A stretch of 64,000 nt of DNA from Eukaryota sp. TZLM1-RC (Eukaryota > Protista > Metamonada: BaSk clade). Within the stretch, counting starts at the first letter, position 1, and each line of letters opens with the position of its first letter. This document shows, piece after piece, positions 12,434 to 23,393 of the stretch. A program made the position numbers and the translations under genes. Under the pieces are notes generated by a model. It saw only the letters and a list, made by a program, of their open reading frames with translations. It made no database searches and was not told where the DNA came from. The stretch lies in assembly GCA_040285825.1 (NCBI GenBank), contig JAUPSS010000011.1, positions 558,001 through 622,000 of the forward strand. The letters are read 5' to 3'.

Positions 12434-12904
12434 AAAGAGTTATTATTACTATTAAGTAATGTGTATTATGTTATAACTTTTATGTTTTGCTTCTCTACTG
12501 TCTTCACACGATAAAATATTCAAATTAAGAAGAAAGCGGAATTGTGGCCGGAAAGATACATTTGCCCAGATGCTCTTTTGAGGAGTTGAATGGGGAACCT
12601 GAGCATACAGAAACAAAAACTTTGGAAAAACTGATATTTTATTTTGAGTTTATTATTATTTTTAATTTTTTTGAAAAACTTTTGAAAACGATCTACAAAT
12701 ACCTTAGTGGCGTTTGGTAGATCCAATTAGATACAGTAAGTCGCGAGGCTTTGTTCTGTGAAAGCAGTAGGTGTATTCAAGTGAGGTAACCCATTGATGA
12801 AGATCATGATTGTCTTTGTCAAATGACGCTACATGTCTCTTACAGCCTGTGAGTAGACATTGAGAAAGTTGAAAACAGGAGTGAATTTTACAGGGGAATT
12901 TTAC

Positions 12905-13270
12905 AAGAGAAACATAGAAAATATGACAAAGGTATCGAAGAAGCTAATGCTGATAGAAATAGACCACTTGTTTTTATTGCTTTCCTATTTTCGATAAACG
13001 GAAGACTAACAGTAGAAGCAGTAATTTTTCTGAAAGATTTCCAAAAAAATGGTTAAAGAAAAAACAATGAAAAGATTTGATAACTCTTTATGGCGTTATC
13101 GAATTCAATTTGCCATTATTAATAGATTACCTTGGTTTTTCAATCGAATTAGAGAAGCTTTAGCTAGACAGCAAGCAGATCAAGATTTTGTAGAGGAAAT
13201 CTTGGTTCCATGAATTCCGTCCCAAGGTACGATTTTATTTTGTTAAAAAGGCAAGTTCAATAAATTATTT
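12905..13270 (+). mobile_element. Subfamily A-like non-LTR 3' end
   Basis: KHRKYDK...QQADQDFVEEILV, 3' UTR and AATAAA. Confidence 0.8.
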
Positions 13271-13330
13271 AATATCACAAACACTTGAACCCTTTAATTA
13301 CTGGCCGATTTGTTGTTGACACTTATAGTA

Positions 13331-13852
13331 TGATTCCTTTGGTAAAAGAAGGGCAGATTTAGTAGCTCCAGGGATCGATGGTGTTCTCCATGTTGTAGAT
13401 GTTGTCTCAGTTGATGTTTGCAAAAATTCTGCTGCTCGTTTAGTGTATTCCGCTGATTCGCCGTTATCTAATGCCGAAGAAAGAAGATAAAAAAATATGA
13501 AGAGCCTTTGGCACAGTTAGGTAGAGTGGAACATGTGAAATATCATTTTGTGCCGTTTGCAATTTCTCTTTTTGGCAATATTGGACCTTCAGGGTTGCGC
13601 TTTTTTGAGAATTTCAAAAGAGTGTTACTGAATAGGTCTGGTAAAACAATGAATTCCACTTTCTGGTTAAATAGAATTGTTTTTTGCATTTTCAAGTCTA
13701 ATTCAACAATGATTTCAAAGGCACTTTTAGCTATTGGTGTAGAATATGAACGTAATGCTGTGAGTAGGTTCAGTAATAGTGACGCTTGTTTGGAGGATAT
13801 TGAATTCTAGATAGATTTTTTTGTCTCAATAAATATTCCAGTTAAAGAAAAT
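13331..13852 (+). mobile_element. Non-LTR retrotransposon subfamily E, 3' fragment
   Basis: KRRADLVAPG, FVPFAISLFG and FWLNRIVF motifs; TSD ACTTATAGTA at 13321-13330 and 13853-13862. Confidence 0.88.
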
Positions 13853-13909
13853 ACTTATAGTATTTACACAAATTACTAAGAACCACGCAAATTAAAAACA
13901 ATTTCTAAA

Positions 13910-16006
13910 ATGTTATTAGGAAAGAGTAAAATTGACCTTGATCCTCAGTGTATTGCAAAGTAATGGAAGGTTCCTGAGGATGATCCCTTATCAGATTTTT
14001 CCTTATCCCAAAGAAGAACTACAGTTACAGTTTATTGTCTGAGGGATACAAATGTAACCAAGAAATTATTTAATTTCTTTGTCATTACCAATTCTTGAAA
14101 ACTGTTAAACATAAACCTTTTGATGGTTATAAGGACATTCTGAAAACGTCATCAGAGATCCGAAAATGCTTGACGTGATCGATGAGGCAATAATTAGGTG
14201 TCAGGAAATTTCTATTGTTGGTTTAGAATTCATTTGTGGTTATTATTTGCATCTTTTTGGCTTAAACCCTAATACTTTACTAAAAATTGAAACGCAATTT
14301 TTTCGTGACGCATTTCATGTGGTCACGTCTCAAAGTGAGGAGGAAAGTTCTCTTAGTTCAAAGACAAAAACAGCTTTATACAAAATTCTCGTTGTGCGAC
14401 ATTGTTAAAAATTCTATCACCAACACTTTAAAGACAAACTTGTTCCAAAAATTTTATCAAAAAAAACAAGTAAGATTTTGCATTACACAATTGACAAACT
14501 TATTGTGAATTTCAAAAATAACATCCAGGAGCATTACCTTGATTACTTGGATCAGTTTGGAAGTTTATTGTACTTGTTCTTTGACGAATTCAAGGACGTT
14601 CTTGGTCCAAAGTCCTCATACCGATGCAATAATCAAGCTGCTGTTTTGGTTCAATGGGACACCATTTTAAAAATCGACGAGATTAAAAACACTGAACTTT
14701 ATTTAGAGAGTTCCAAGTACATCGTGACTAGCATTGAGACTGATGGAATAGCAGTATCATTCGTACAATCTAGAATTGACTTGAAAAAATACAAAGTAAC
14801 TGCATAAGAATTCTAAGAAAAAGAAAAATATACTATTGATGACCCCAGCATCAATCCTTCTGAATTCCAAGATATGACCCTTGCTGCTGCTGATCCAGGA
14901 AAATCTGATCTACTCTATTTTTCTGCCAATTTAGCTACTGGAATGACTCATTCAAAAAAACCTGAGAGAGATAAATATGTTCATTTCGGGTGCACTCAAA
15001 ATCAACGAAGATTTGAGTCGAAAAGTTCCAAATTCAAAAGAATAAGAGACAGCAAACGGAATGACTCTCCTATCACAATAAGTAACTCTACTGGTAGAGT
15101 GATTGATCTATCCAATTATGAACCATCTGAAGAGCAACAACAAAGAATGGATTTAAACAGCAGTATAATTAATCAAATGACTGAAAGAACAATTAGTTTA
15201 TTAAGAGGAAAAGAACCTCAAAAAATCAATATTCTCCATGAAATTGATTACTCATCAAATTTGAGAAATAATGAACAAAAAACCTAAATCTGTAGCAGAA
15301 TGGGAAGCAACATTATCCCAATTTAATTTCAAAAGCTGCAGGTTTGACAGATTTATGGAGTATATTAAACAAAAGAAATTTTGTGAATAGTATTGTTGGT
15401 CAAGTCTATCATCAAAAAAGATTTAGGAAACTAAGATGAAGGGCTGAGATTAATCGCACAAGATCTGAGGCGATAATGATTCAGAGATTCAAATCAGTAA
15501 TTGGTGATCCCAGCCAAGTAGTTATTGGAATCGAAGACTGGGAACAACGAAAACACATGAAATTCAAAGAACCTACCAAAGGAAAAGGTTTGAGAATTCT
15601 ATTGAAAAAGGCTCGTTATAAGGTCTTTTTAATTGATGACTTTCGAACCAGTTGCTGTTGTTTCAACTGTAAGAAAGCGGAGAAGACAGTTGAAACATTC
15701 CAATGGTGCAGAAATCCTAGGCCATGGAAGAGGCACGAGATTTCTATTCGTCACGGGATTACCATGTGTAAATCATGTGAAAGTTTGTGGATTAGAGATT
15801 GAAATGATTCGCTGAATATGTTGGCAGTGATGGAAGCACATGTAAAAGGTGGAGATAGACCGAAATACCTGCAGAGAGTCAAGGTTGACAAAGGTTCAAA
15901 GAAAAAGGTATCAAGGATAAAATCTTCAACTTCCCAAAAACTCAGTCCCTCTACATCGGTGTAAAAAGGACACTTATTTCATTGTTATAGACATCATCTG
16001 TAACGA
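13910..16006 (+). mobile_element. Fanzor1 element, family 1 copy 1 (disrupted ORF; left end undefined)
   Basis: IETDGIAVS; RuvC-I AADPGKSDLL; GxxDWEQRKHMKFKEP; RuvC-II LIDDFRTS + CCCFNC; CKSC; RuvC-III WIRD*NDSLN; many stops and frameshifts. Confidence 0.85.
15940..16006 (+). ncRNA. Putative 3' part of the Fanzor omegaRNA scaffold / element right end
   Basis: Hairpins GGTGT-loop-ACACT and GTTATAGA-CATCA-TCTGTAAC (15984-16004), both conserved in copy 2 with different loops. Confidence 0.55.
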
Positions 16007-16441
16007 ATGGCTTCCATCGAGAAATCTCGTCTCACAGGCAGACCCATAATCCGTAATGTCAATGGAGACTGCTTTGTCGTCACTCCAACCGCCCAAACGC
16101 ACATGAATTCTATAGTACCTCCTCCAAAATCTGAGACACAACGTCAGTTCACACCACCTTCTGCTACCTCAGCTGGGGGTAAGGTTCAAGAAAAGCCTTT
16201 AATTCCATATAATCCGAACTGCTTACGTAGTATGGCAAAAATCCATGACCCACCCAAACGCTCTTGCCATGACACCAACCTTCCACGAGGAGCTCCCTGC
16301 CCATTAACCTGTACAGACAAGAAACGATTTATTACTTCTAAAATGATGAGTGAAAGTCAGAAGCAACAACCAACAGGTTTCGGTAATACCGGAATCCTCT
16401 CGCAACACACAAAGTTTATTCGTAATTTACAGAACTCTTAA
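16007..16441 (+). CDS. Hypothetical 144 aa basic, Pro-rich protein
   Basis: Clean ATG-TAA ORF with host-gene-like composition; no family recognised. Confidence 0.65.
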   Translation: MASIEKSRLTGRPIIRNVNGDCFVVTPTAQTHMNSIVPPPKSETQRQFTPPSATSAGGKVQEKPLIPYNPNCLRSMAKIHDPPKRSCHDTNLPRGAPCPLTCTDKKRFITSKMMSESQKQQPTGFGNTGILSQHTKFIRNLQNS

Positions 16442-16720
16442 AGTTATAATTATCATTGTATTTAGTTGATTACTACCATTAAACATGTATTTTTTGTTGC
16501 TTCTTTTTGCGTATGATTCATTAACCAAATCATGATTAATCATTACATTAAGTATATTTTGGTTTTATTCAGGAAAAAAACTTTAAATCTTGCAGATAGG
16601 ATTGCATCAAGAGAAAAACAAGATTTAAACTTGCTTCAAAAACCATGAAAAATCAAGAACCAAAAATAAATTCTAATTAATATTACACACAAAATCAATT
16701 CCAACACTAAAACAAAAAAC

Positions 16721-17461
16721 TCAAGAATCTTCTTCAAAATCTTCTTCATAACGTTTTTCAAGCAGTGATAACTCCGAAATTTGACTACAAGAATCATCAT
16801 CATCTGATGAATCGCTTGTGATTTGATTATCATCACGAGCCTTAGAGTCAATCAAACCTTTAATCAAATCACCTTCCTCTTTCAATTCATTTTGAACATT
16901 CTCAAAACCTAAAAGTCTCCTTTTAATCGACTTTATATAATCTACACTTAAACTTTCACCATCAAGCACTGCAACAAAAGCACCAATATTTTCACAAACC
17001 AAGTCTACAAGTGATTTAACCACAGAATCAGTTTTGAGTCTATATGATGAAAAAAGATGTTCAATTGACTTGGCGTGATCATTTGAAGATTTTCGAATGA
17101 GAGAGTGTTCAGGAAATTCTTCCTTGACTAATGATATGAACTTGTTCTGCCACTCAGTAGTCAACATTGATTTGGTGAGGGGTGAGGAGAGAAACAATGT
17201 GGTGGATAAGTGAGATATACCCAACAAGGACGTAAGTTGAGAGTCCTGACACACATCTGACTCCCAAGAAGTGAGTAAGTTTTTGAGAGAAGGTAGCACA
17301 TGGTGAACAGTGGAAGAGTCATTGGATAGGAGAAATAAGTGCCCTAAAGCACAAATATGCAGAGTTGAAGGAAAGAAAGGTTGGAGAAGTTTAATAAAAG
17401 CATCCAGGTCTTGGTCCTCAAGTGTTTCGAGAAGCAAGGAAGAGGAAGGACTGACAGTCAT
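16721..17461 (-). CDS. Hypothetical 246 aa protein with an acidic C-terminus
   Basis: Clean ORF, helical or coiled-coil character, D/E-rich tail. Confidence 0.65.
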   Translation of the reverse strand: MTVSPSSSLLLETLEDQDLDAFIKLLQPFFPSTLHICALGHLFLLSNDSSTVHHVLPSLKNLLTSWESDVCQDSQLTSLLGISHLSTTLFLSSPLTKSMLTTEWQNKFISLVKEEFPEHSLIRKSSNDHAKSIEHLFSSYRLKTDSVVKSLVDLVCENIGAFVAVLDGESLSVDYIKSIKRRLLGFENVQNELKEEGDLIKGLIDSKARDDNQITSDSSDDDDSCSQISELSLLEKRYEEDFEEDS

Positions 17462-17743
17462 TGTTCAAAGGATTGATTTTTTCAACTATTGGGTTTTTGA
17501 GGCAAGTAGTCCAGTTGAATGTTTCACATCATAGTTTAAAACTGCTTTTTTGTTTGCTTTTAATCCCAAATGTTGCAGACACCTTTATGAGCAGCTGAAT
17601 TGATACGTCAACATTATTGTTACTTTTCAAATCTGCCAAGTTTGAATTAATGTGATTGGTGTCCTCAAAATAATTGAATACATTATGTTTCTTTGATTTG
17701 CACAACGAAAAATCTTACTTCACGGATTTATTTACAAAGGCAA

Positions 17744-18217
17744 TCACATATAAGCTAATCTACTAGAACCTCCTCCCCCTCTGGGTTTTTTACCAACTTT
17801 GGTTATCTTTAAAGTGGCACCATATTCTACTTGTGGTATTAGTACTATGTGAAAAGGTTGTGTCAGAGCCATTGTGACCATTGCATCAGGTGGAGGGGAT
17901 ACATAGCGAATTGTGGCTGACACTGTTCTCCGATCTTGTGAAACCTCAACGTCTTCAATTGAAATAGCATGTCCACCAGTGCTGCACTGTCCGCAGAAGG
18001 CACACAAAACACTGTGTTGAGTAAAATCTATCGATTTATCACCAATATTGGGTACACGGCGTTTGAGATTATTCCACTGTTGTTCATTGGTGATCAGCTC
18101 TACAGACTCAGTGGATTGCTGACAATAAGCCCCACTAGAAAGAGTTTGCATTGATGAGTTGAATGCTAGTGCTTGAGAAAGAAGGAACGTCCAAAGTAGA
18201 ATAAAAGGATGAAACAT
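17744..18217 (-). CDS. Secreted PrcB C-terminal-domain-like protein (157 aa)
   Basis: Signal peptide MFHPFILLWTFLLSQALA; IDF...GQCSTGGHAISIEDV...PPPDAMVTMALTQPFHIVLIP resembles bacterial PrcB_C. Confidence 0.72.
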   Translation of the reverse strand: MFHPFILLWTFLLSQALAFNSSMQTLSSGAYCQQSTESVELITNEQQWNNLKRRVPNIGDKSIDFTQHSVLCAFCGQCSTGGHAISIEDVEVSQDRRTVSATIRYVSPPPDAMVTMALTQPFHIVLIPQVEYGATLKITKVGKKPRGGGGSSRLAYM

Positions 18218-18229
18218 TTGGAATTGTTG

Positions 18230-18871
18230 ATGCTGTGCTAGTGGGTAACGTCCAATTTCAAAAAACCTCAGCCATATCCTTTTGGATTTCAGCACCAATT
18301 GACTCCATTTATCCAATATCCTCCATGACAAAAAAATCAAAACAAAAGTTGTATTGAAAGAAAAACACAACACTATCTCCTCGTAATTCGAAGCACTCCC
18401 AAGCTGGGGATCTTTTGGGTTCAGGTGAGGTTTGGATGTCAAGTGAAGTAAAGGACGAGATTTCTTCATTACTGTGAACAGGAATGCCATTAATCGTTAC
18501 GTCGAAGAAATTGGACATCGTAGTGGAAATCGTAGTCATACATGATATGATACAGAAAAAAGAGTAACGTTCAATTGTTCATAGGTAAGTGTTACCGTTC
18601 CTTAACAGGATTTTTCTGCTATATATAGACATTAATTCAATCATTTATTCACTTTATTTGGTTCCACTTAAACTGTTGAAACCACTTGAAACGTATTTGA
18701 AAAAATCTCGTTTCGTTTGAATTGATAAAGTGAAACATCAACAAACTATGAGTCATCCATGGACGGTTAGGCTCAATCCCTGGAAAATCCATTCATTTGA
18801 GGAAATTTCTATCCATACCTGGCCAGATGGATTAGATGACCCAAAAAAATATATATCCATTGGTAGCTCTA
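18230..18871 (-). mobile_element. hAT-like DNA transposon 5' remnant
   Basis: Terminus TAGAGCTACCAATGGAT at 18871, subterminal ATCCAT/ATGGAT repeats, decayed ORF 18539- with BED-finger-like KRSPAWECFE. Confidence 0.5.
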
Positions 18872-18984
18872 TATAAAAGGCTGTTTATTAATCTTTAACA
18901 TTCAACATGTCAAATTGTAACTTATGAGGAAAAATGAAAAGCAATTTTTGATTTAATTAAATCTGATTTGATTGAGCTCTTCAG

Positions 18985-20740
18985 TTTTTTCTATCACTTT
19001 TATGGTAAAAAATCAGATTTTATTTTTAATTCATTTGCTTCAAAATCATTTTTTGGTGTGAAACAAGGCAATCCTTTAGGGGCTCCAATATTTCTTTTAG
19101 CTATTCACAAAACTTTAGATAACATTAAGGAATAGTACCCTTTCTCTAAAAATAGCTGCATATTTAGACGATATTTCTCTGATTGATTAATCTAATTTGC
19201 TGCCAAATTAATTTGGTAGCTCAAGAAATTCCCGATATGTGAAAATATTGGGCTTAATCTGCGGGCAAATGCCTTCTAATTGGCTCTTCTGCTCAAGACC
19301 TTTTGATTAATGATTCTGTTCTACCTTTTCCTATTCAAAGTAATGCTGCGTTCAAAATTATTGATTGTTGGTAATGAAATGTGCCTCAAATTTTGAACGA
19401 ACTACCAGGTATTTGGAAAAATATGAACATTGAACTTGATTCAATTTCTTTAGATCTAGAAAAACATATTAAATTTTTTATACTTAAATTGTTATACTGA
19501 GATAATATTCCACAATTTGAGATCTTGTGTGGGACCATAGTATTAAATTTCTGTCGATTCTTGAATTCATTGAGGATAGAATTCTTGCTGATTTATTGGA
19601 TGTAGATCCAGGAATGTTGAAAAATCATTTGTCTTTTGTAGCAAACTTTGGAGGTGTTGCTTTTACAAAATCCACTATGTGGTGCCATCCAGCATTTTTG
19701 GGTGGAGGCAAGAATTTTATCTATGAATTTTCTCGTTGATTTCTTGAAGACTCTAATTTGTTATATTCATACCAGTCCATATTTGAATGAGTTATCTTGT
19801 GAGCTTGAACGATTGCCACCCCAAATTTGGACCAAATGTTTCATTAATCAATTCAAGAAATTTTGGATCAATTTCTTTTTTGTTTACAGTTTTGCTGTAA
19901 AAATCTTCTGCAAAAAATTGCCAAAGATTTTGGAAAGCCTGGATTTTAATGTTGGACTTGGCTTTGGTAGGAACATAATCCACCTCTTAACTGATTCTTC
20001 CTACATTGTGAATATGAGACTTCATTCCATTTTCTGGCCTGATATTTTACCTCAAAAATTAATTTGTAAATGTAGTAGAAAAATTACAATTACTCATCTG
20101 TTAAATTGTAAACATTTTATTATTTTTAGAAGCAAAATTCATGATACTGTGAGACCAATTATATTGTATGTGTAAGTCTCATAGAATTGAATCCTTTTCT
20201 GTAACCTCTGTTGTTAAATCTGTGTGATGCTGAGGATGAATTCCATAAGAATAATAGAGGTGATGTCATATGACCCGGATTCGATGGAACCTTCATTTTA
20301 TTGGATGTAATGTTTGTTGATCCTTGTTATGCCTCAATTAAAAGGCTTGTTAATACTGAAATTCATTATGCTTTTTCAAATGCTGAAAATTTCAAAATCC
20401 AAAAATGTAATGAACCATTGCCCAAATTGTCCACCCAACAGCATGCAAAATACAATGTGTATTTTCTTTATTTGGTTCACTTGCTCCAACGGCTTTAGGT
20501 TTTGGCAGATTTTGACAATGATTGTAAAGAGAAGAACTAATAGAAACTTCAAACAGCTGGATTTGGCAAAATAGAATTGTGTTTTCCTTTTTAAGGGGAT
20601 GTTGAAGATAGTTTCTGATGCTTTGCTTTCTCTTGAATTTCACCATGAGACAATTGCATCTAGTTGTTTTGTTTTGAGAGAGATGAATTATTTAGATGTT
20701 GATCTATCAGTTTTTAATAAATAAATATATTTCAAGAAAA
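18985..20740 (+). mobile_element. Older degenerate subfamily B non-LTR copy retaining the RT core
   Basis: GVKQGNPLG and AAYLDDI at about 19055-19180, then thumb, knuckle and RLE fragments; A-rich tail. Confidence 0.85.
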
Positions 20741-20741
20741 A

Positions 20742-20968
20742 AAGAAAAAAACAATGAAAAGGTTTGATGTCGTTTTCCGGCGCTCTCGAATTCAATTTGC
20801 CATTAATAATAGACTGCCTGCGTTTTTCAATCGAATTAGAGGAGTTTTAGCTAGACATCAAGCAGATCAAGATTTGTAGAGGAAAGCTTTGTTCAATGAA
20901 TTTCGTCCCGTTAGTTAGGAATTTATTTTGTTAAGTAGGCAAGTTCAATGAATTAAATTATCAAAAAA
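20742..20968 (+). mobile_element. Subfamily A non-LTR 3' fragment
   Basis: RSRIQFAINNRL...QADQD and the subfamily A 3' UTR. Confidence 0.75.
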
Positions 20969-21090
20969 GTGAACCCCTTGATCAATCACTTAACATTTTT
21001 TTAAATTTAAAAATTTATTCCACAAGAAAAAGGTTAAAGAAAAAAATCTCATTTGATAACCACTTCACGCCAATTTAATTACGTAATGAG

Positions 21091-21876
21091 ATGCTACTGA
21101 GCTCTTCCACTGTGGTTCTACTTTCTCTCGTCTCTGTTTCTCTCTTTGTTTTCCTGGTTCAGTTGTTTTCTCCTCATCGTTTTGCTGTATACCGTCGTTC
21201 TCTAGGAGGTATTCTTGCAACTTTTCTTATTTTGTCCAGCTATTCCACAGCTCTCAATCATGTAAATTTCTTCAACCTCCTTCTCAGCACAATCCAATCC
21301 AGCTTTAGACTGTCATCCATTTTCATCCCTGTCTTTATCACCTCTATTCCTTATTTTCCTGATCTCATTGTGTATATTTCCCAATGTGTTGGGACCGGGA
21401 AACTCAAATTTATTAATTTTCTCAGTTTTAAAAGTCTCTACCCCCTTATTCTCCGCAATGTGGTCTTTGCACCCATTCTCGAAGAGTTGTCCTTTAGGTT
21501 GCCTTTCCTAGTGATCTTTAACTCTAAACTAATCACTTCTCGTTCCTTCCTAATAATTCTTTCTTCAGTTCCTTTCTCTGTTGCTCATTTCCATCACTTT
21601 TTGTTCCCTTTGCTGCGTTCCTTTGTTTTTGGTGGCCGTTATTCCCCTGGAATGACATTATCTTCTGCATTTTTCCAACTTTGTTACACTTTTATATTTG
21701 GTGTTTATGTTTCGTTTGTCTGTTTCAAATATGGAATTTTTGGCGCTATATTAACCCATTCTGTTGCGAATTTTGGTTCTATACCCAGTAGTTTTTTGTT
21801 AAATAAGTTTTATTTCTTTTTGTTTATTATTTGTTTATCTGTATGGCTTTTATTTGTAATCTATTGTCTAATTTAA
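21091..21876 (+). CDS. RCE1: CAAX prenyl protease 2 (Rce1)
   Basis: RNVVFAPILEELSFR, FSVAHFHH, QLCYTFIFGVY and HSVANFG motifs; hydrophobic. Confidence 0.9.
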   Translation: MLLSSSTVVLLSLVSVSLFVFLVQLFSPHRFAVYRRSLGGILATFLILSSYSTALNHVNFFNLLLSTIQSSFRLSSIFIPVFITSIPYFPDLIVYISQCVGTGKLKFINFLSFKSLYPLILRNVVFAPILEELSFRLPFLVIFNSKLITSRSFLIILSSVPFSVAHFHHFLFPLLRSFVFGGRYSPGMTLSSAFFQLCYTFIFGVYVSFVCFKYGIFGAILTHSVANFGSIPSSFLLNKFYFFLFIICLSVWLLFVIYCLI

Positions 21877-21901
21877 CATTTTTAGTAAATATTTATTAAT
21901 T

Positions 21902-22837
21902 TTATGATATAGAATGCAAACATAATTGTCGATCGTCACCCACTGAAACAAGATACTTTCCATCACTACTGATATCAATGGACCATACATGATCACTATG
22001 GGCATCAATGGTGGCTATACACTGCCTGGAACCCAACTCCCAAACCCTAATTGATCCATCTGCAGAGGAAGAGAAAAGTCGCTGGGATTCAGGGTCAAAA
22101 CAAAGGCTCAATATCCAAGATGAATGACCAACAAAGGTATCAACCAAAGAACCTGAAGCTACTTCATATATCCTTATTGACATGTCATCGCTACCAGAGG
22201 CGACATAGGTATTGTTAGGAGAGAAGACTGTCGTTCTACAGGGGGCAGTATGGTCATGAGCTTCAAAAAGCACTTGAGACCTTTCAAGGTCAATCACAGC
22301 CATGGTGCCATCACGTTGACCACATGCAATGTACCTTCCATCAGGGGACTTGGATTAGGAAGTGAGAAGGGGAAAACATACAAAGCATGTAGATATAACA
22401 AAGTCATTTCGGTTTATAGACTGGACCTTTTCTCGAGAATCAGTATTCCACAACGTGATTCGACCGACATGGCCTCCTGATGCTACCAAAGAACCATCAG
22501 GGCTCAGAGAAACTCCCCAAGTCTCTACAGGAGAAGGTTTGATCTCTGCAGTGATGGTACATGAGAGTGGATCAAAAATTTTTATAGATGAATCCATACA
22601 ATGGGCAACTGCAATAGAGGATTGTGATGAGGTTGCTATTTCAACTACTCCAAGAGCGAAATGATCAGCTTGTTGTTGAGAAAGATCGGCACTAGAATCA
22701 TCTGACAGAAGTTTTTGTATATCCCATGACTTGAGTGTTTCATCAACAGAACCAGTTAAAATCAGATTGTCACAAAACTTAACTGTCCAAATAGAGTCTG
22801 CATGAGCGTTGGGAGTTCTGTGAATGGTGCTGTACAT
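21902..22837 (-). CDS. WDR61: WD40 protein WDR61/Ski8; intron 22349-22381 (33 nt)
   Basis: AHADSIWTV...TGSVDETLK, HFALGVV, PVETW, GHSSWILSL, HSDHVWSI; removing the intron joins the two ORFs (STCF/SPDGRYIACG). Confidence 0.88.
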
Positions 22838-22984
22838 GAAAGTGTGAATGGATGTTTGTAGTTTTTGTGTGACTTTTTACCTTCGCACCGTCAGTGCGGG
22901 TGCGATAGGAGGTAAATCTTGAACAGATTATTGAAAGTTTTTATACGTTCTTTATCTTAAAAATTTGTTACTCAGGTTAAAGTA

Positions 22985-23371
22985 CCTACTACCGACTAAA
23001 ATTGACAGGTATAAAGCAAAGTTGCTATCCTTGAATGCTGATTCGCATACTCATTATGTCCTTTGTCCATTTGCTTTTCCCTACATGGCACGCTTGTACC
23101 ACTTGCTTTATCTTTCTTGGATGATTTTGTTGAGATTGTGAAACAACGCACAGGAAGAATTTTTGACAAAACGTTTTGGCAGAACAGAATTGTATTTTCA
23201 ATTTTTGAAGGTGGTCTCCCGTTATTGTTTTCTGCTTTATCATCACTTGAACATTTTTATGAAAGAAAAACTTCTGGTCAATTCCTTTTGGCTGATTTGG
23301 GTATGAAGATTTAGAATTTCAAAATTGTTCTTTAGTTTTTCGTTGGAATAAATTAAATCAGCAAAAAAAAA
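22985..23371 (+). mobile_element. Subfamily C non-LTR 3' fragment
   Basis: CPFAFSLHG...FWQNRIVF, AATAAA and poly(A). Confidence 0.82.
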
Positions 23372-23393
23372 GATTATTTGTAGATTTCGATTC

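Noticed and set aside
12520-12900. Coding-like minus-strand segment
   Set aside because: Interrupted by stops, with no recognisable family.
14790-15810. Alternative genetic code explaining the shared TAA/TGA in the Fanzor copies
   Set aside because: Host genes end at TAA, TAG and TGA in the expected places, and a frameshift is also shared.
17744-18490. A single 248 aa protein as given in the ORF track
   Set aside because: The upstream part overlaps the hAT remnant; a signal peptide points to a start at 18217.
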